Positions 27,387 through 36,129 of a DNA stretch of 36,129 nt are shown here, piece after piece; position 1 is the stretch's first letter; each line of letters begins with the position of its first letter. Source of the stretch: Fidelibacterota bacterium (GTDB lineage Bacteria; Fidelibacterota; Marinisomatia; Marinisomatales; CAZVFT01); assembly GCA_014381485.1 (NCBI GenBank), contig JACNLN010000099.1, positions 1-36,129 of the forward strand. The letters run 5' to 3'. The position numbers were made by a program, and so were the translations under genes. The notes under the pieces were generated by a model, which was given only the letters and a program-made list of their open reading frames with translations, was not told the origin of the DNA and ran no database searches.

Positions 27387-29380
27387 TATTTCAGTAATAT
27401 TTTACAAATGGAGTTTGTTTTTACCTTTTTGCCCGGACTTGGAAATTGGGAATAAACTGTTCCTGAACCGCTCGCCATTGGACGTAATCCCGCTTCCTGC
27501 AAGGTTGAGATAGCGCTCCTGAGACTCTTTCCCCGAACTTCTGGGATGATAGCAATTTTGTTAGGTGAGGTAGAGATAGGAAAAGATGAGCTTGTCATTA
27601 AAGCTAAAGATTTTTCGATTTTCTCTTTTGGCTTTTCTGTAGTTGAAGAAAACAAAAATTGATTCTCGTTCTCAGGTGTTAGACCTTTCAGTTTGTGGAC
27701 AAATATGTTATCGTTGATATTGAGTATCTGATTCATCACATTTCGAAAAGTAGGTGCGGCGCTTACTCCTCCCCAATGTTTACCTTTTTCAGGTTCTTCC
27801 AGAACGATAACCGTGACAAATTGGGGTTTATCGGCAGGTAAAAATCCAACGAATGATGAAATAAATTTTGTATCAGAGTAGGCACCATTGATATACATCT
27901 GTGCCGTTCCAGTCTTTCCTGCAACTTTCCAACCTCTGATCTTAGCATTTGTTCCTGTTCCAGAAGTCACAGCTCCCTGGAGCATTGCGGTCAATTTTTT
28001 CATTTCATTCTTGGATGTAATTTTTCGAACTACTCGAGGTGAGTTTTTAAAAATGACCCTTCCAGAGGGATGGATGATCTCGTCAACAAGAATTGGTTTC
28101 ATCAGAAATCCACCGTTAGCTATAGCAGCGTAAGCATAAGCTAATTGAAGAGTGGTGACTGAAACTTCGTGTCCAAGGGATATCTGAGCGAGTGATACAG
28201 CACACCATTCATCAGTAGGATGGAGGGTACCAGAAGTTTCACCGGGCAACGAGATACCTGTAGGAGAACCAAATCCATATTTTCTCGCAAATGTGTAAAG
28301 GATATGCTCATCGAGAGTTTTAGCTATTTTTATAATTCCAACATTACTAGAATGTTCAATAATTTGAGAAAACGTTAGAAGGCCAAAGTCACTCCAATCC
28401 CGAATTTTTAACCCTCGAAAAGTAAATCCGCCATCTTCGCAGTAAAATTCGTCAGTAGTAGCTACGGTTTTTAGTCTCAATGCAGCTGTGGCGGGGACAA
28501 TCTTGAAAGTAGATCCCGGTTCAAATTTGTCTTCAACAACACGATTTCTATAAGTTTGTTCAGGATATACGGCACGATTATTGGGATTAAAATCGGGGAT
28601 AGATACCATTGCAAGAATTTCACCATTGTTTGGGTTGATTATAATTCCCATTGCTCCCGTGGCATTTACTTCTTCCATCTGTATTAACAGTTCATTTCTC
28701 AGGATGGTCTGGTATTCAAGGTTTACGGTTAGAACAACATTACTACCATCTACTGGATCCTGGCTTGGATACGATTCGTTGATGGATGATTTTCCTCTTC
28801 CATCTCTTTGCAACATCATCCACCCATCCTTTCCCTTGAGGTAATCATCATATACTTTTTCAATACCCGAAAGACCGGTGTTATCCGTATCTGTAAAACC
28901 AATTAGCTGAGAAGCGATATTCTGGTATGGATATGAACGATATCCGTGGCGATGTATCACAAGTCCTTTGTCTTTGATAGCAAGAAGGGAGTTGCTGATG
29001 CTGCTTCTCAGGTTTCTCTCTAAATATTTGAAGGTTTGATTCGAATTCAACAATTGTGTGTAATAATCTGTTGTCCTGCCAGTAATTTCAGAAAAGGTAG
29101 AGCTAAGAAGTTGTTTATTCTCAACAAGGTGTGGATGTGCAGCGAAGTCATAATGGATAGCATCTTCAGCAAGTGATTGGAGATTTCGATCGTATATAGT
29201 TCCTCGTAGGGATGGAACAGTAATTTTATTATATCCCTGAATAACCATCTCGTTTTTAAGTTCATTGGACTTAATAACTTGAACATAGAAGAAGCGGATC
29301 AATAATCCAGCCCACGTAAGTACCACAAAGGAAGAAATAAGCAGGATTCTTGGACGGTATTTCAAAAAAGCTTTCGTCAT
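27386..29380 (-). CDS. ftsI: Division-specific class B penicillin-binding protein (FtsI/PBP3-like transpeptidase) with a C-terminal PASTA domain
   Basis: N-terminal TM anchor. Has the STFK active-site motif ([10 protein letters not shown]), SSN and KTGTA. The C-terminal ~55 aa [52 protein letters not shown] fit the PASTA pattern. Confidence 0.93.
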   Translation of the reverse strand: MTKAFLKYRPRILLISSFVVLTWAGLLIRFFYVQVIKSNELKNEMVIQGYNKITVPSLRGTIYDRNLQSLAEDAIHYDFAAHPHLVENKQLLSSTFSEITGRTTDYYTQLLNSNQTFKYLERNLRSSISNSLLAIKDKGLVIHRHGYRSYPYQNIASQLIGFTDTDNTGLSGIEKVYDDYLKGKDGWMMLQRDGRGKSSINESYPSQDPVDGSNVVLTVNLEYQTILRNELLIQMEEVNATGAMGIIINPNNGEILAMVSIPDFNPNNRAVYPEQTYRNRVVEDKFEPGSTFKIVPATAALRLKTVATTDEFYCEDGGFTFRGLKIRDWSDFGLLTFSQIIEHSSNVGIIKIAKTLDEHILYTFARKYGFGSPTGISLPGETSGTLHPTDEWCAVSLAQISLGHEVSVTTLQLAYAYAAIANGGFLMKPILVDEIIHPSGRVIFKNSPRVVRKITSKNEMKKLTAMLQGAVTSGTGTNAKIRGWKVAGKTGTAQMYINGAYSDTKFISSFVGFLPADKPQFVTVIVLEEPEKGKHWGGVSAAPTFRNVMNQILNINDNIFVHKLKGLTPENENQFLFSSTTEKPKEKIEKSLALMTSSSFPISTSPNKIAIIPEVRGKSLRSAISTLQEAGLRPMASGSGTVYSQFPSPGKKVKTNSICKILLK

Positions 29381-29730
29381 TATTGTTTATTGAAATCTTT
29401 TAGCAATTCAGGATCTACAAATACTACGAGAGATTCTGGTGCGGGGGATACCATCTGAAGTTCCTTTTTTACAATTTGACTAATCCGGTCAATTCTGTTC
29501 AATCCTGCAATATCATTGTGGAGATCTCTGTTCTCTTCAATTATATTATCACGGATACGTCTTAATGCTTCATTTTCACGACAGGTAATATTGATTTCGT
29601 TATATACCCAGAGATAAGTAAGAATTCCAGAAATGGAGAATAACGTAATCAAGAAGAATAACACAGAGTTGATAAACTCCTGTTTCCTTTTGGATCGTCG
29701 AGTTTTTTTGATTGTTCTTATTTTTTTCAC
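29380..29730 (-). CDS. ftsL: Cell division protein FtsL (bitopic, coiled-coil)
   Basis: The track ORF (29380..29883) overlaps rsmH by 154 nt. GTG at 29730-29728 shares one base with the rsmH TAG (TAGTG). This gives 116 aa: a basic N-terminus MKKIRTIKKTRRSKRKQE, the TM helix SVLFFLITLFSISGILTYLWV, then a heptad-like region. It sits in the conserved slot between rsmH and ftsI. Confidence 0.7.
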   Translation of the reverse strand: MKKIRTIKKTRRSKRKQEFINSVLFFLITLFSISGILTYLWVYNEINITCRENEALRRIRDNIIEENRDLHNDIAGLNRIDRISQIVKKELQMVSPAPESLVVFVDPELLKDFNKQ

Positions 29731-30674
29731 TATATTTTTTCCGCTACACGAAGTTTTGCGGCTCTGGCTCGTCGATTTCTTCGTACCTCCTCTTCGGAAG
29801 GTACTATGGGTCGTTTCGTTAAGACTTTTAGTGATGGTTTTATTCCACATTGACAAATAGGGATATCTGGAGGGCAAACACACCCTTTCTCAAGTTCTTT
29901 AAACTTTTGTTTGACTAACCGGTCTTCCAGGGAATGATACGAGATGATAGTTATTCTTCCTTTGTTGTTGAGATAATCCGCAAAAATATTCAAAAAGTTT
30001 TTTAATATGGTGAGCTCATCATTTACAACTATTCTAAGAGCTTGAAAAATTCTGGAAAGAGTTTTCGTAAGGAATGAATCTCCTATTACTGATTGTATGA
30101 TATTTTTGAGATCTGAGGTGGTGGTAAGAGGGAAAGTCATTCGTATATTTACAATTTTTTTAGCAATCTTTTTTGCATTTCGTTCTTCTCCATATTTACG
30201 AAATATTTCTGTGAGATAGGTATCATCTTTCGTGTTGAGTATGTCTTTCGCTGTGATTGAATTTTTTCTGTTGAATCTCATATCCAGAGGTCCATCCATT
30301 CGATATGAAAACCCACGTTCTGGGGAATCAAGTTGCATAGATGATATACCAAGATCCAGAAGTATACCATCCACTCCTTTAATGTTGATTGATTCCAGAA
30401 ATTGAGGGAACTGGTCGTAAGAAGCGTGGACGAGGTGACATTTTGAAGAGGCTGGGAGGGACGTTTTACAACGTTTAATTGCCTCTTCATCCCGGTCAAA
30501 TCCTACAAACGCACCTTTTTTGGAAAGGATTGAAATGATCTCTGCAGCGTGACCGGCAAGACCGAGAGTCCCATCCAGATAAATACCACTCGGACGAATG
30601 TTCAGAAATTGAACAATCTGATCCTTTAAAACGGGGATATGGAATGTTCTGTTGGATGTCCATATCTGAGTCAA
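29730..30674 (-). CDS. rsmH: 16S rRNA (cytosine1402-N4)-methyltransferase
   Basis: Has HIPVLKDQIV, the DGTLGLAGHA SAM motif, DLGISSMQLD and ISYHSLEDR. TTG start at 30674; there is no in-frame ATG before the HIPVL motif. Confidence 0.96.
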   Translation of the reverse strand: MTQIWTSNRTFHIPVLKDQIVQFLNIRPSGIYLDGTLGLAGHAAEIISILSKKGAFVGFDRDEEAIKRCKTSLPASSKCHLVHASYDQFPQFLESINIKGVDGILLDLGISSMQLDSPERGFSYRMDGPLDMRFNRKNSITAKDILNTKDDTYLTEIFRKYGEERNAKKIAKKIVNIRMTFPLTTTSDLKNIIQSVIGDSFLTKTLSRIFQALRIVVNDELTILKNFLNIFADYLNNKGRITIISYHSLEDRLVKQKFKELEKGCVCPPDIPICQCGIKPSLKVLTKRPIVPSEEEVRRNRRARAAKLRVAEKI

Positions 30675-30677
30675 GTT

Positions 30678-31139
30678 TTATAAAATTATTTTATCCGCTA
30701 GATCCTTGTATTCTTCAGGATCAATTCTGAGTGAAGTTTTTTCAAGTTCGTTTAGGATATCAGGATTCCACAATTCAATCTTGTTTACCATTCCAATAAT
30801 CGTAACCTCCTTTTCCAACTGTGCATAATTCTTAAGAACTTGGGTCAATTGAATTCTTCCTTGTTTATCAAATTTTACCTGGGCGGCATAACGGGTGATA
30901 CTTCGGATAAAAGAGCGATAAACTTTAGAGGCAGAAGAGAGGTTACGTAATCCATCTTGAACTTTTTTCCATTCTTCCAGAGGATAGGCAACAATACACT
31001 GATCCATCCCTCTGGTGATGTAAAAGATGTTTTTATTTTTCGGGGTAAGAGCATTTCGAAATTTGGAAGGAATGTTGACCCTATCTTTTGCATCAATTGA
31101 GTATAAGTACTCACCTGTAAATGTATTTTCTATAACCAT
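30678..31139 (-). CDS. mraZ: Transcriptional regulator MraZ
   Basis: Has two SpoVT/AbrB-like halves carrying DAKDRVNIPSKFR and DKQGRIQLTQVL (DxxxR motifs). It is the first gene of the dcw cluster. Confidence 0.96.
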   Translation of the reverse strand: MVIENTFTGEYLYSIDAKDRVNIPSKFRNALTPKNKNIFYITRGMDQCIVAYPLEEWKKVQDGLRNLSSASKVYRSFIRSITRYAAQVKFDKQGRIQLTQVLKNYAQLEKEVTIIGMVNKIELWNPDILNELEKTSLRIDPEEYKDLADKIIL

Positions 31140-31167
31140 GTGCCCCTGATATTAATTGGGATAATTA

Positions 31168-31212
31168 CCCACCGCTACCCACAATGTTAAACTCCCTTCC
31201 CACAAATGTCAA
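31168..31212 (-). promoter_or_regulatory. Pmra-like sigma70 promoter (TTGACA-17 nt-TAACAT) with three GTGGG MraZ-box repeats
   Basis: The minus strand reads cTTGACAtttGTGGGaagggagttTAACATtGTGGGtagcgGTGGGtaatt. The -35 is at 31212-31207 and the -10 at 31189-31184. GTGGG repeats lie at 31203-31199, 31182-31178 and 31172-31168. The two proximal repeats have an exact 10-bp period (5-nt spacer) and the third is 21 bp away. The region lies 29-73 nt upstream of the mraZ ATG. Confidence 0.55.
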
Positions 31213-31374
31213 GAAATAATTTCAGTTTTTTTTAAATTATTTGTTTAAGGGACAGTTACTACTACAAGTACTAAGGAAGGTGATGAGTAATCATCTTACA
31301 TCGGTTGGTACCAGGCGGGTTGTTGTGACTTAATTGAAAAGTTAAAAGGGGCAGGCTACAGCGAATAATTTAGA

Positions 31375-31908
31375 TTAATCGGTATTTAGTCGAGTATGTT
31401 CAGGGTAATTAGTGAATAAATCATCATCTGCAGTAATGCCACTTGTAGGATTATTTAATAGGGGAGTTTTTGTATTCACCTGAGGTGGGGGTTGTTTAGT
31501 GGTAATTTTTTTAATAATAAAAATAGCAAAAAGTAGAATTGCCAGTAGGATTACGGCTTTAATTAGAGTGGATCTAAATTGGAAAGGTGATCTTTCCGGG
31601 GGAACTAGTACTTCTGAGTCAGATTCAGGAGTGAGGTCCTCAACGATTGGTTCGACTTTTTTTGGTAACTCACCAGTTTCTTTCATATATTCCGTCAATT
31701 TTTCAAGAATCTCTTCAGGTTCAGCTCCGATTTCAATGGCATAGGCACGAACAAAAAGGCGAACATAGGAGTGTGGTAGAAAAGAAAAATCGCCCTTTTC
31801 AATTGCCTCAAGAAAGTTAATGTTTATCTTTGTCCGATTTGAAACTTCGGAAAGATCAATCTTCTGTTGTTCGCGCAGGTTTTTTAAATCGCTGTAAAAA
31901 GTTTCCAA
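31375..31908 (-). CDS. RodZ-like helix-turn-helix membrane protein (short form)
   Basis: The N-terminus LKNLREQQKIDLSEVSNRTKININFLEAIEKGDFSFLPHSYVRLFVRAYAIEIG matches the RodZ/HTH_25 pattern. It is followed by an acidic linker and one TM helix (LIKAVILLAILLFAIFII). TTG is the only possible start: TAA lies 5 codons upstream and AAGGA 10 nt upstream. Confidence 0.7.
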   Translation of the reverse strand: METFYSDLKNLREQQKIDLSEVSNRTKININFLEAIEKGDFSFLPHSYVRLFVRAYAIEIGAEPEEILEKLTEYMKETGELPKKVEPIVEDLTPESDSEVLVPPERSPFQFRSTLIKAVILLAILLFAIFIIKKITTKQPPPQVNTKTPLLNNPTSGITADDDLFTNYPEHTRLNTD

Positions 31909-31945
31909 TGGAGAATATCCTTATTCAAACGGTCTAATTTTAATA

Positions 31946-32569
31946 TTATTCAACTACCATTCCAAGCCAATTGTCAGATTGAAATTTCTTCTGGAAAGAC
32001 GTGCTTCCGAGGAGGGATAAAAATCGTGACAGTGGGAAGCCGACCACGTTATAATAACAGCCATTTATTGATTTTACAAAACTTGCTGACCAATCCTGAA
32101 TTCCATAGGCACCTGCTTTATCAAATGGTTGAGATGTCTCAACGTAATACCGGATCATATCATTTGACAGGGGAAGAAATGTAACATCGGTTCTTTCAAA
32201 AAAGTTTTCCGTAGCATTAAGCTGTTTTTTGACCAGAGCGACTCCTGTAAATACGCTGTGAGTTTTGTTAGATAATTTCCTCAACATCTCAATTGCACCT
32301 GATTTTCCCTTAGGTTTTCCAAGGATCATACCATCCAAAACTACAATTGTATCAGCAGCAACGATAATTCTATCAGGAAATTTCGGGGCGACTAAATTTG
32401 CCTTTAACATAGCAAAATGCTTGACAAAATTTTCGGGACTTGCTGATGGGTTGTAATCTTCATTTACCTGACTTGGGTGAACCTCGATAGGAAATCCGAC
32501 TTTTTGTAAAATTTCTTTTCTGCGGGGGGAATCAGAGGCAAGTATAAATGGTGTGATTTCAGTCGTCAT
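31946..32569 (-). CDS. maf: Maf-like nucleoside triphosphate pyrophosphatase (septum-formation associated)
   Basis: Has ILASDSPRRKEIL, ADTIVVLDG and DKAGAYGIQD motifs. Its ATG overlaps the TGA of the upstream peptidase gene (ATGA). Confidence 0.93.
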   Translation of the reverse strand: MTTEITPFILASDSPRRKEILQKVGFPIEVHPSQVNEDYNPSASPENFVKHFAMLKANLVAPKFPDRIIVAADTIVVLDGMILGKPKGKSGAIEMLRKLSNKTHSVFTGVALVKKQLNATENFFERTDVTFLPLSNDMIRYYVETSQPFDKAGAYGIQDWSASFVKSINGCYYNVVGFPLSRFLSLLGSTSFQKKFQSDNWLGMVVE

Positions 32570-35247
32570 CGATATTTGGCAATTTTTCCAATATAAGTGT
32601 TTTTTTCATCTGTATCAGTAGATTGTGCATCCAGCTGATATAGATACACACCGTTGGCAATTTGATCTCCAAAATCATCTAGACCATTCCAATTGATGTG
32701 AGAGTAGCCATAGAAGAGTTCATTGGGCGCCAGATGGGTAACTAACTGTCCAGCCAGCGTATAAATTCTGATTTTTACGGATGATTCTTTATTAACTTCA
32801 AATCCAAATTGAGTATTCGTCTGAAAAGGATTCGGATAGTTAAAAACATTTGTGAGTATTAGTTCTGTTCCTGCGGTTATATTCAATTTAATAGATTTCT
32901 GGGACGGATTGTTGGCATTATCCCAAGCCTTTATTGTTATTAAGGATTGGTTGGTTTGAATATCCAGCAGAGGTAAGTCAAGAGTTCCAGAACTGTCACT
33001 TCCTGGATCATAAACGAAAAGGTTTGTGAGGTTGTTAGCATTTGATTCATCCTCATCGAACCAGAGCGAAATACTGTGACCAATCTCACCAGTTACATTA
33101 ATCCCTAAAGGATCAGAGATTTTTATTATAATATTGGAGTTTTCATCGATATGGTCGCCCCATTCAAGATCTCTTGTTTCCGTATTGAATGAGATGAGGG
33201 GTCCATCAACATCTGGGGGGTTGGCAGCACTGCCTGAGAAAATTAGATTTTCTCTTACTCCAAGACCTTCCCAAAGTTCATTTCCGTTCTCTCCGTACAA
33301 GTAAATAGTAAGTCGTCCGTCACTTGTCTGATAATTCACATCCTTTGGAATAATAAAACCTCCTTGATATTGACCATACTGGAAGGATATTTGTCCGCGA
33401 AATAGAGTTCGACCGGGAAGGGTGTACCATATCGTATCGGTTTCACTATTTAAACTGTAAACTCTACGATCACTATCGTACAGAACGGCAAAACCATTGC
33501 CTTCGTCAGGTGCATCAATACCAGTTTGTCCATTGTAACTGCCTTTAGACAATGCTACTAAGGAATCAGGAGTCACACTATCCACACTCACGGTGTTTGA
33601 GGGAAGGGCGATTTTCAATGCTGGATCACCCAGAAGATGGAATCTCTCATTTCCATCACTTCCCTTTTGAACCGTTTGAAAAATGATCCCCAACCTACCT
33701 GTTGTAACATTTCCTGATGGGAAAAAATTCTCAAACATGTCAATGGCAAAATCTTCATTAGCTCCATAAGTGATTCTCTCGATGGAGGAAATGATAGCGA
33801 TGGCTCCATTTTGAGGGAGACGTAAAATATCTTCGCACATAGCGTTACCTTCTGGATTATCAAACTTCCCCCAGCTGCAAGTAGCAATCAGCCAGATAGG
33901 AAGTTTCATTCCTGTATTGATGGAGGACAGGTGGTCTGGTTTAAGTAATCCTTCCTGTGTCCATTGGTATTCTGATCCGTGACCAATATAGTTTAGAAGT
34001 ACGGTACCCTGTTCAAGGTAATCCAGCAGCGCTTCTGTAGCATCAGGTTTCGACACACCGTAAGTTGATCCATCATTGACCTCAGGAAATTCTTCCATGT
34101 ACAATTTATTTACTTCTAATAATTGAGGAATTAGGTTACTAATATATTCATTGTTTGTGAGATGTGTGATATCATTAGGATTTGGTCTTTTGAAATCATC
34201 GGCTATCAGCGTAATTCTCTGTCGCCACAAACCCATCTCAGGATCTGATTCATAATCGATGATTTTTTCTACAACATTCTCAGCTTCGGTTACTGTTTCC
34301 ACAGGAAATCGACCGATTGCCATTTCAGGTAAATTACTGCCATCATTCAGATAAACGAACCGACTGTCTGAAGAAAAGCTGCTTTGTTTCGGATAGGTAG
34401 GAATAGGATTGGGTCCATCACCAAGCAGCAAAACAAATGTTGGGGCTGGAGATTGCCATCCAGTATCTGAGATTGTATATTTTAAAAATTCACGAATGGT
34501 TACCCATGTCTCTAAATTACCACTCTCATTGAATTCATCATAGATTGCTTCAAGGGGGGCAACTATTGAGTTAATACCTTCAGTTGTTCTGTAGTTTGCC
34601 AGGTCTTCAGCAACGGTCAGAAATTCCTCAGGTGTAATGATGATATAGTCTGCCTGAAGAGTGGTATCCTTCAACGTATCTGGAACTATAGGTTGGTATT
34701 GAAATCGGTATTTTATAGGGGGTTCTATGATTTGTCTGGAGGGTGGACGATCTAACCAATTTTTTGCAACATTCCAATTCACAATGCGGTTGCGATAAAG
34801 TGCTGTCTCAAATTTTCCTGCTTTTGCAGGAGAGAATTTACTTTGCTTAAATAGTATCGTGAATTGAATGTGTGTAAGCAAGGACAGACTATGTCTATTT
34901 TTACCAGAAAAAGGAATGACTTTCAATACACCAACGTTGAGATCTCGAAACTTTCCTAAGGATTCCCAGGAAATGATTGCCCCAGCTGGATCGTAGTGCA
35001 GAGGATATTTTTCTGATAGGGAGTATGTTGATGTTTCCTGGTTATTGATGATAATTTGTGGCAGGTCATTGGTTGGGAGTCCAATTGCAAAATAGATTTC
35101 GTTAATTTGTGACTCAGATTTTTGTGGGGAATTTTGGACAATCATGGTTAATCGCTCTGGTGTACTCTGTATAACTTTCCATGATTGACCATATAGAGAT
35201 GTGCTAAGGCAAAGAACTATTAGAGAGATAATCGTATTAATTTTCAC
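32566..35247 (-). CDS. Peptidase C25 (gingipain/PorU-like cysteine peptidase) with a T9SS-type C-terminal sorting domain
   Basis: 893 aa with a GTG start and the signal peptide MKINTIISLIVLCLSTSLYGQ. YIIITPEEF...VLLLGDG, NYIGHGSEYQW (catalytic His) and LIATCSWGKFD (catalytic Cys) follow the C25 order. The last ~90 aa, NYPNPFQTNTQFGFEV...VKIRIYTLAGQLV...NGVYLYQL, match the Por_Secre_tail/FlgD-Ig-like CTD pattern. Confidence 0.85.
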   Translation of the reverse strand: MKINTIISLIVLCLSTSLYGQSWKVIQSTPERLTMIVQNSPQKSESQINEIYFAIGLPTNDLPQIIINNQETSTYSLSEKYPLHYDPAGAIISWESLGKFRDLNVGVLKVIPFSGKNRHSLSLLTHIQFTILFKQSKFSPAKAGKFETALYRNRIVNWNVAKNWLDRPPSRQIIEPPIKYRFQYQPIVPDTLKDTTLQADYIIITPEEFLTVAEDLANYRTTEGINSIVAPLEAIYDEFNESGNLETWVTIREFLKYTISDTGWQSPAPTFVLLLGDGPNPIPTYPKQSSFSSDSRFVYLNDGSNLPEMAIGRFPVETVTEAENVVEKIIDYESDPEMGLWRQRITLIADDFKRPNPNDITHLTNNEYISNLIPQLLEVNKLYMEEFPEVNDGSTYGVSKPDATEALLDYLEQGTVLLNYIGHGSEYQWTQEGLLKPDHLSSINTGMKLPIWLIATCSWGKFDNPEGNAMCEDILRLPQNGAIAIISSIERITYGANEDFAIDMFENFFPSGNVTTGRLGIIFQTVQKGSDGNERFHLLGDPALKIALPSNTVSVDSVTPDSLVALSKGSYNGQTGIDAPDEGNGFAVLYDSDRRVYSLNSETDTIWYTLPGRTLFRGQISFQYGQYQGGFIIPKDVNYQTSDGRLTIYLYGENGNELWEGLGVRENLIFSGSAANPPDVDGPLISFNTETRDLEWGDHIDENSNIIIKISDPLGINVTGEIGHSISLWFDEDESNANNLTNLFVYDPGSDSSGTLDLPLLDIQTNQSLITIKAWDNANNPSQKSIKLNITAGTELILTNVFNYPNPFQTNTQFGFEVNKESSVKIRIYTLAGQLVTHLAPNELFYGYSHINWNGLDDFGDQIANGVYLYQLDAQSTDTDEKNTYIGKIAKYR

Positions 35248-35443
35248 TGTGTGATTTAGTTTTATCTTGGTCTTTCAGATTTGAATTAATAGCATATCAA
35301 TTGGGATTGAAATTTCATACTCTCAATTGTAACTTTCAACTAGTAACTTTAGCATTTTACGAGAGGCTTGAATTATAGTTCCTTGTCTAAAGTAGGCAGT
35401 AAAAATTATCAATTCAAAATTGGAAAATGTGAGGGATGGAAGA

Positions 35444-36129
35444 ATGATTAAGGACATAGATATGATCAAAGAAACATATTATACTTACAGGAAAAAAGTG
35501 GAAGAAGGACGGAGATTATTCGGACGATCCTTGACTTTTACTGAGAAAGTATTAATAGCTCATTTAGGTGGTATTATTGAAGATATCCCTAAACGTTTAA
35601 AGTCATACATTAATTTCAATCCTGACCGGGTAGCTATGCAGGATGCTACCGCACAGATGGCACTTCTGCAGTTTATGATGGCAGGTCGTGAGAGTACAGC
35701 AGTTTCAACAACAGTTCACTGTGATCACCTGGTTCGGGCGGAAGTTGGGGCTGATGTTGATCTTACCAATGCGTTGAATGAAAACAGTGAAATTTATGAT
35801 TTTCTCCATTCGATTTCACAGAAATATGGCATTGGCTTCTGGAAGCCCGGCGCTGGAATTATCCATCAGATTATCCTGGAGAACTACGCATTTCCCGGAG
35901 GAATGATGATTGGGACAGATTCGCATACTGTGAATGCTGGTGGTCTTGGGATGATTGCTATCGGAGTTGGAGGGGCTGATGCAGTTGATGTAATGTCTGG
36001 CATGCCATGGGAGCTCCTCTGGCCGGGTATTATTGGGGTTAAGTTGGTAGGCAAACTTGATGGCTGGGCTTCACCAAAAGATGTGATTCTAAAACTGGCG
36101 GGGATACTAACAGCAAAAGGGGCAACAGG
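35444..36129 (+). CDS. Aconitate hydratase, mitochondrial-type (N-terminal 228 codons; runs off the window)
   Basis: Absent from the ORF track because it is edge-truncated. ATG at 35444 has GAGGGA 7 nt upstream. Translation contains [52 protein letters not shown] and [18 protein letters not shown]. These are signatures of the ACO2-like aconitase class rather than AcnA or AcnB. Confidence 0.93.
   Translation, partial: MIKDIDMIKETYYTYRKKVEEGRRLFGRSLTFTEKVLIAHLGGIIEDIPKRLKSYINFNPDRVAMQDATAQMALLQFMMAGRESTAVSTTVHCDHLVRAEVGADVDLTNALNENSEIYDFLHSISQKYGIGFWKPGAGIIHQIILENYAFPGGMMIGTDSHTVNAGGLGMIAIGVGGADAVDVMSGMPWELLWPGIIGVKLVGKLDGWASPKDVILKLAGILTAKGAT

Noticed and set aside
14743-29286. Numerous 60-115-aa ORFs antisense to or out of frame within dcw genes, for example 14768..15115, 15985..16296, 16326..16610, 26856..27191, 28581..28844 and 29047..29286
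   Set aside because: Each is fully embedded in a CDS with unambiguous catalytic motifs. Their translations are low-complexity or Ser/Pro/Ile-rich, as expected for shadow frames. None has independent start or RBS support.
29731-29883. N-terminal 51-codon extension of the ftsL ORF as listed in the track (167 aa)
   Set aside because: The extension lies entirely within the 3' end of rsmH in another frame. A GTG overlapping the rsmH stop by one base gives a canonical 116-aa FtsL. This matches the one-base overlap pattern used throughout the operon.
31283-31333. 16-codon plus-strand mini-ORF (MSNHLTSVGTRRVVVT) with AAGGAAGG upstream, in the rodZ-like/mraZ spacer
   Set aside because: It is too short to evaluate, lies antisense to the local transcription direction, and has no features of a leader peptide. 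It is most likely a chance ORF.
1-36129. Defence island, prophage, integrative element, CRISPR array, toxin-antitoxin pair, and tRNA/rRNA genes
   Set aside because: I scanned every intergenic gap over 70 bp and all listed ORFs. I found no integrase, transposase, recombinase or nuclease-helicase signatures. There are no regularly spaced direct repeats, no cloverleaf-like sequence and no att-like flanking repeats. Apart from the palindromic element at 4002-4157, the window looks like core chromosome.

Overview
Visibly AT-rich bacterial chromosomal segment. A gingipain-type peptidase carrying a T9SS-style C-terminal sorting domain suggests an FCB-superphylum-like, possibly uncultured, organism; this is inference, since no search was possible. 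The core (14171-31139, minus strand) is a complete, very tightly packed dcw division/cell-wall cluster: mraZ-rsmH-ftsL-ftsI-murE-murF-mraY-murD-ftsW-murG-murC-murB-ftsQ-ftsA-ftsZ. Upstream of it, in the same orientation, lie a C25 peptidase, maf and a short RodZ-like HTH protein. A mitochondrial-type aconitase starts at 35444 and runs off the 3' edge. Below the cluster are Fe-superoxide dismutase, an orphan sensor histidine kinase, the PAPS-synthesis pair sat-cysC, a YfhO-family membrane protein, a Wzx/MOP-type flippase, an AphA-like class B acid phosphatase and two TPR proteins. There is also a minus-strand three-gene module (AMIN-like membrane protein, 51-aa membrane peptide, secreted HExxH metalloprotease) that runs off the 5' edge. 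The supplied ORF track omits both edge-truncated CDSs; I recovered them by manual translation. I found no rRNA, tRNA, CRISPR array, transposase, integrase, phage gene or recognisable defence system. I cannot honestly name a convincing new multi-gene system here. The observations most worth a second look are: (1) murG is split by a frameshift exactly inside an A10 run; (2) a 156-bp GC-rich nested-palindrome element has perfect 23-bp terminal inverted repeats; (3) a 100%-identical 162-bp tandem duplication sits inside a TPR gene; (4) the overlapping protease module; (5) a clean promoter with GTGGG MraZ-box repeats lies upstream of mraZ. All family assignments come from motif recognition by eye, not from database searches.
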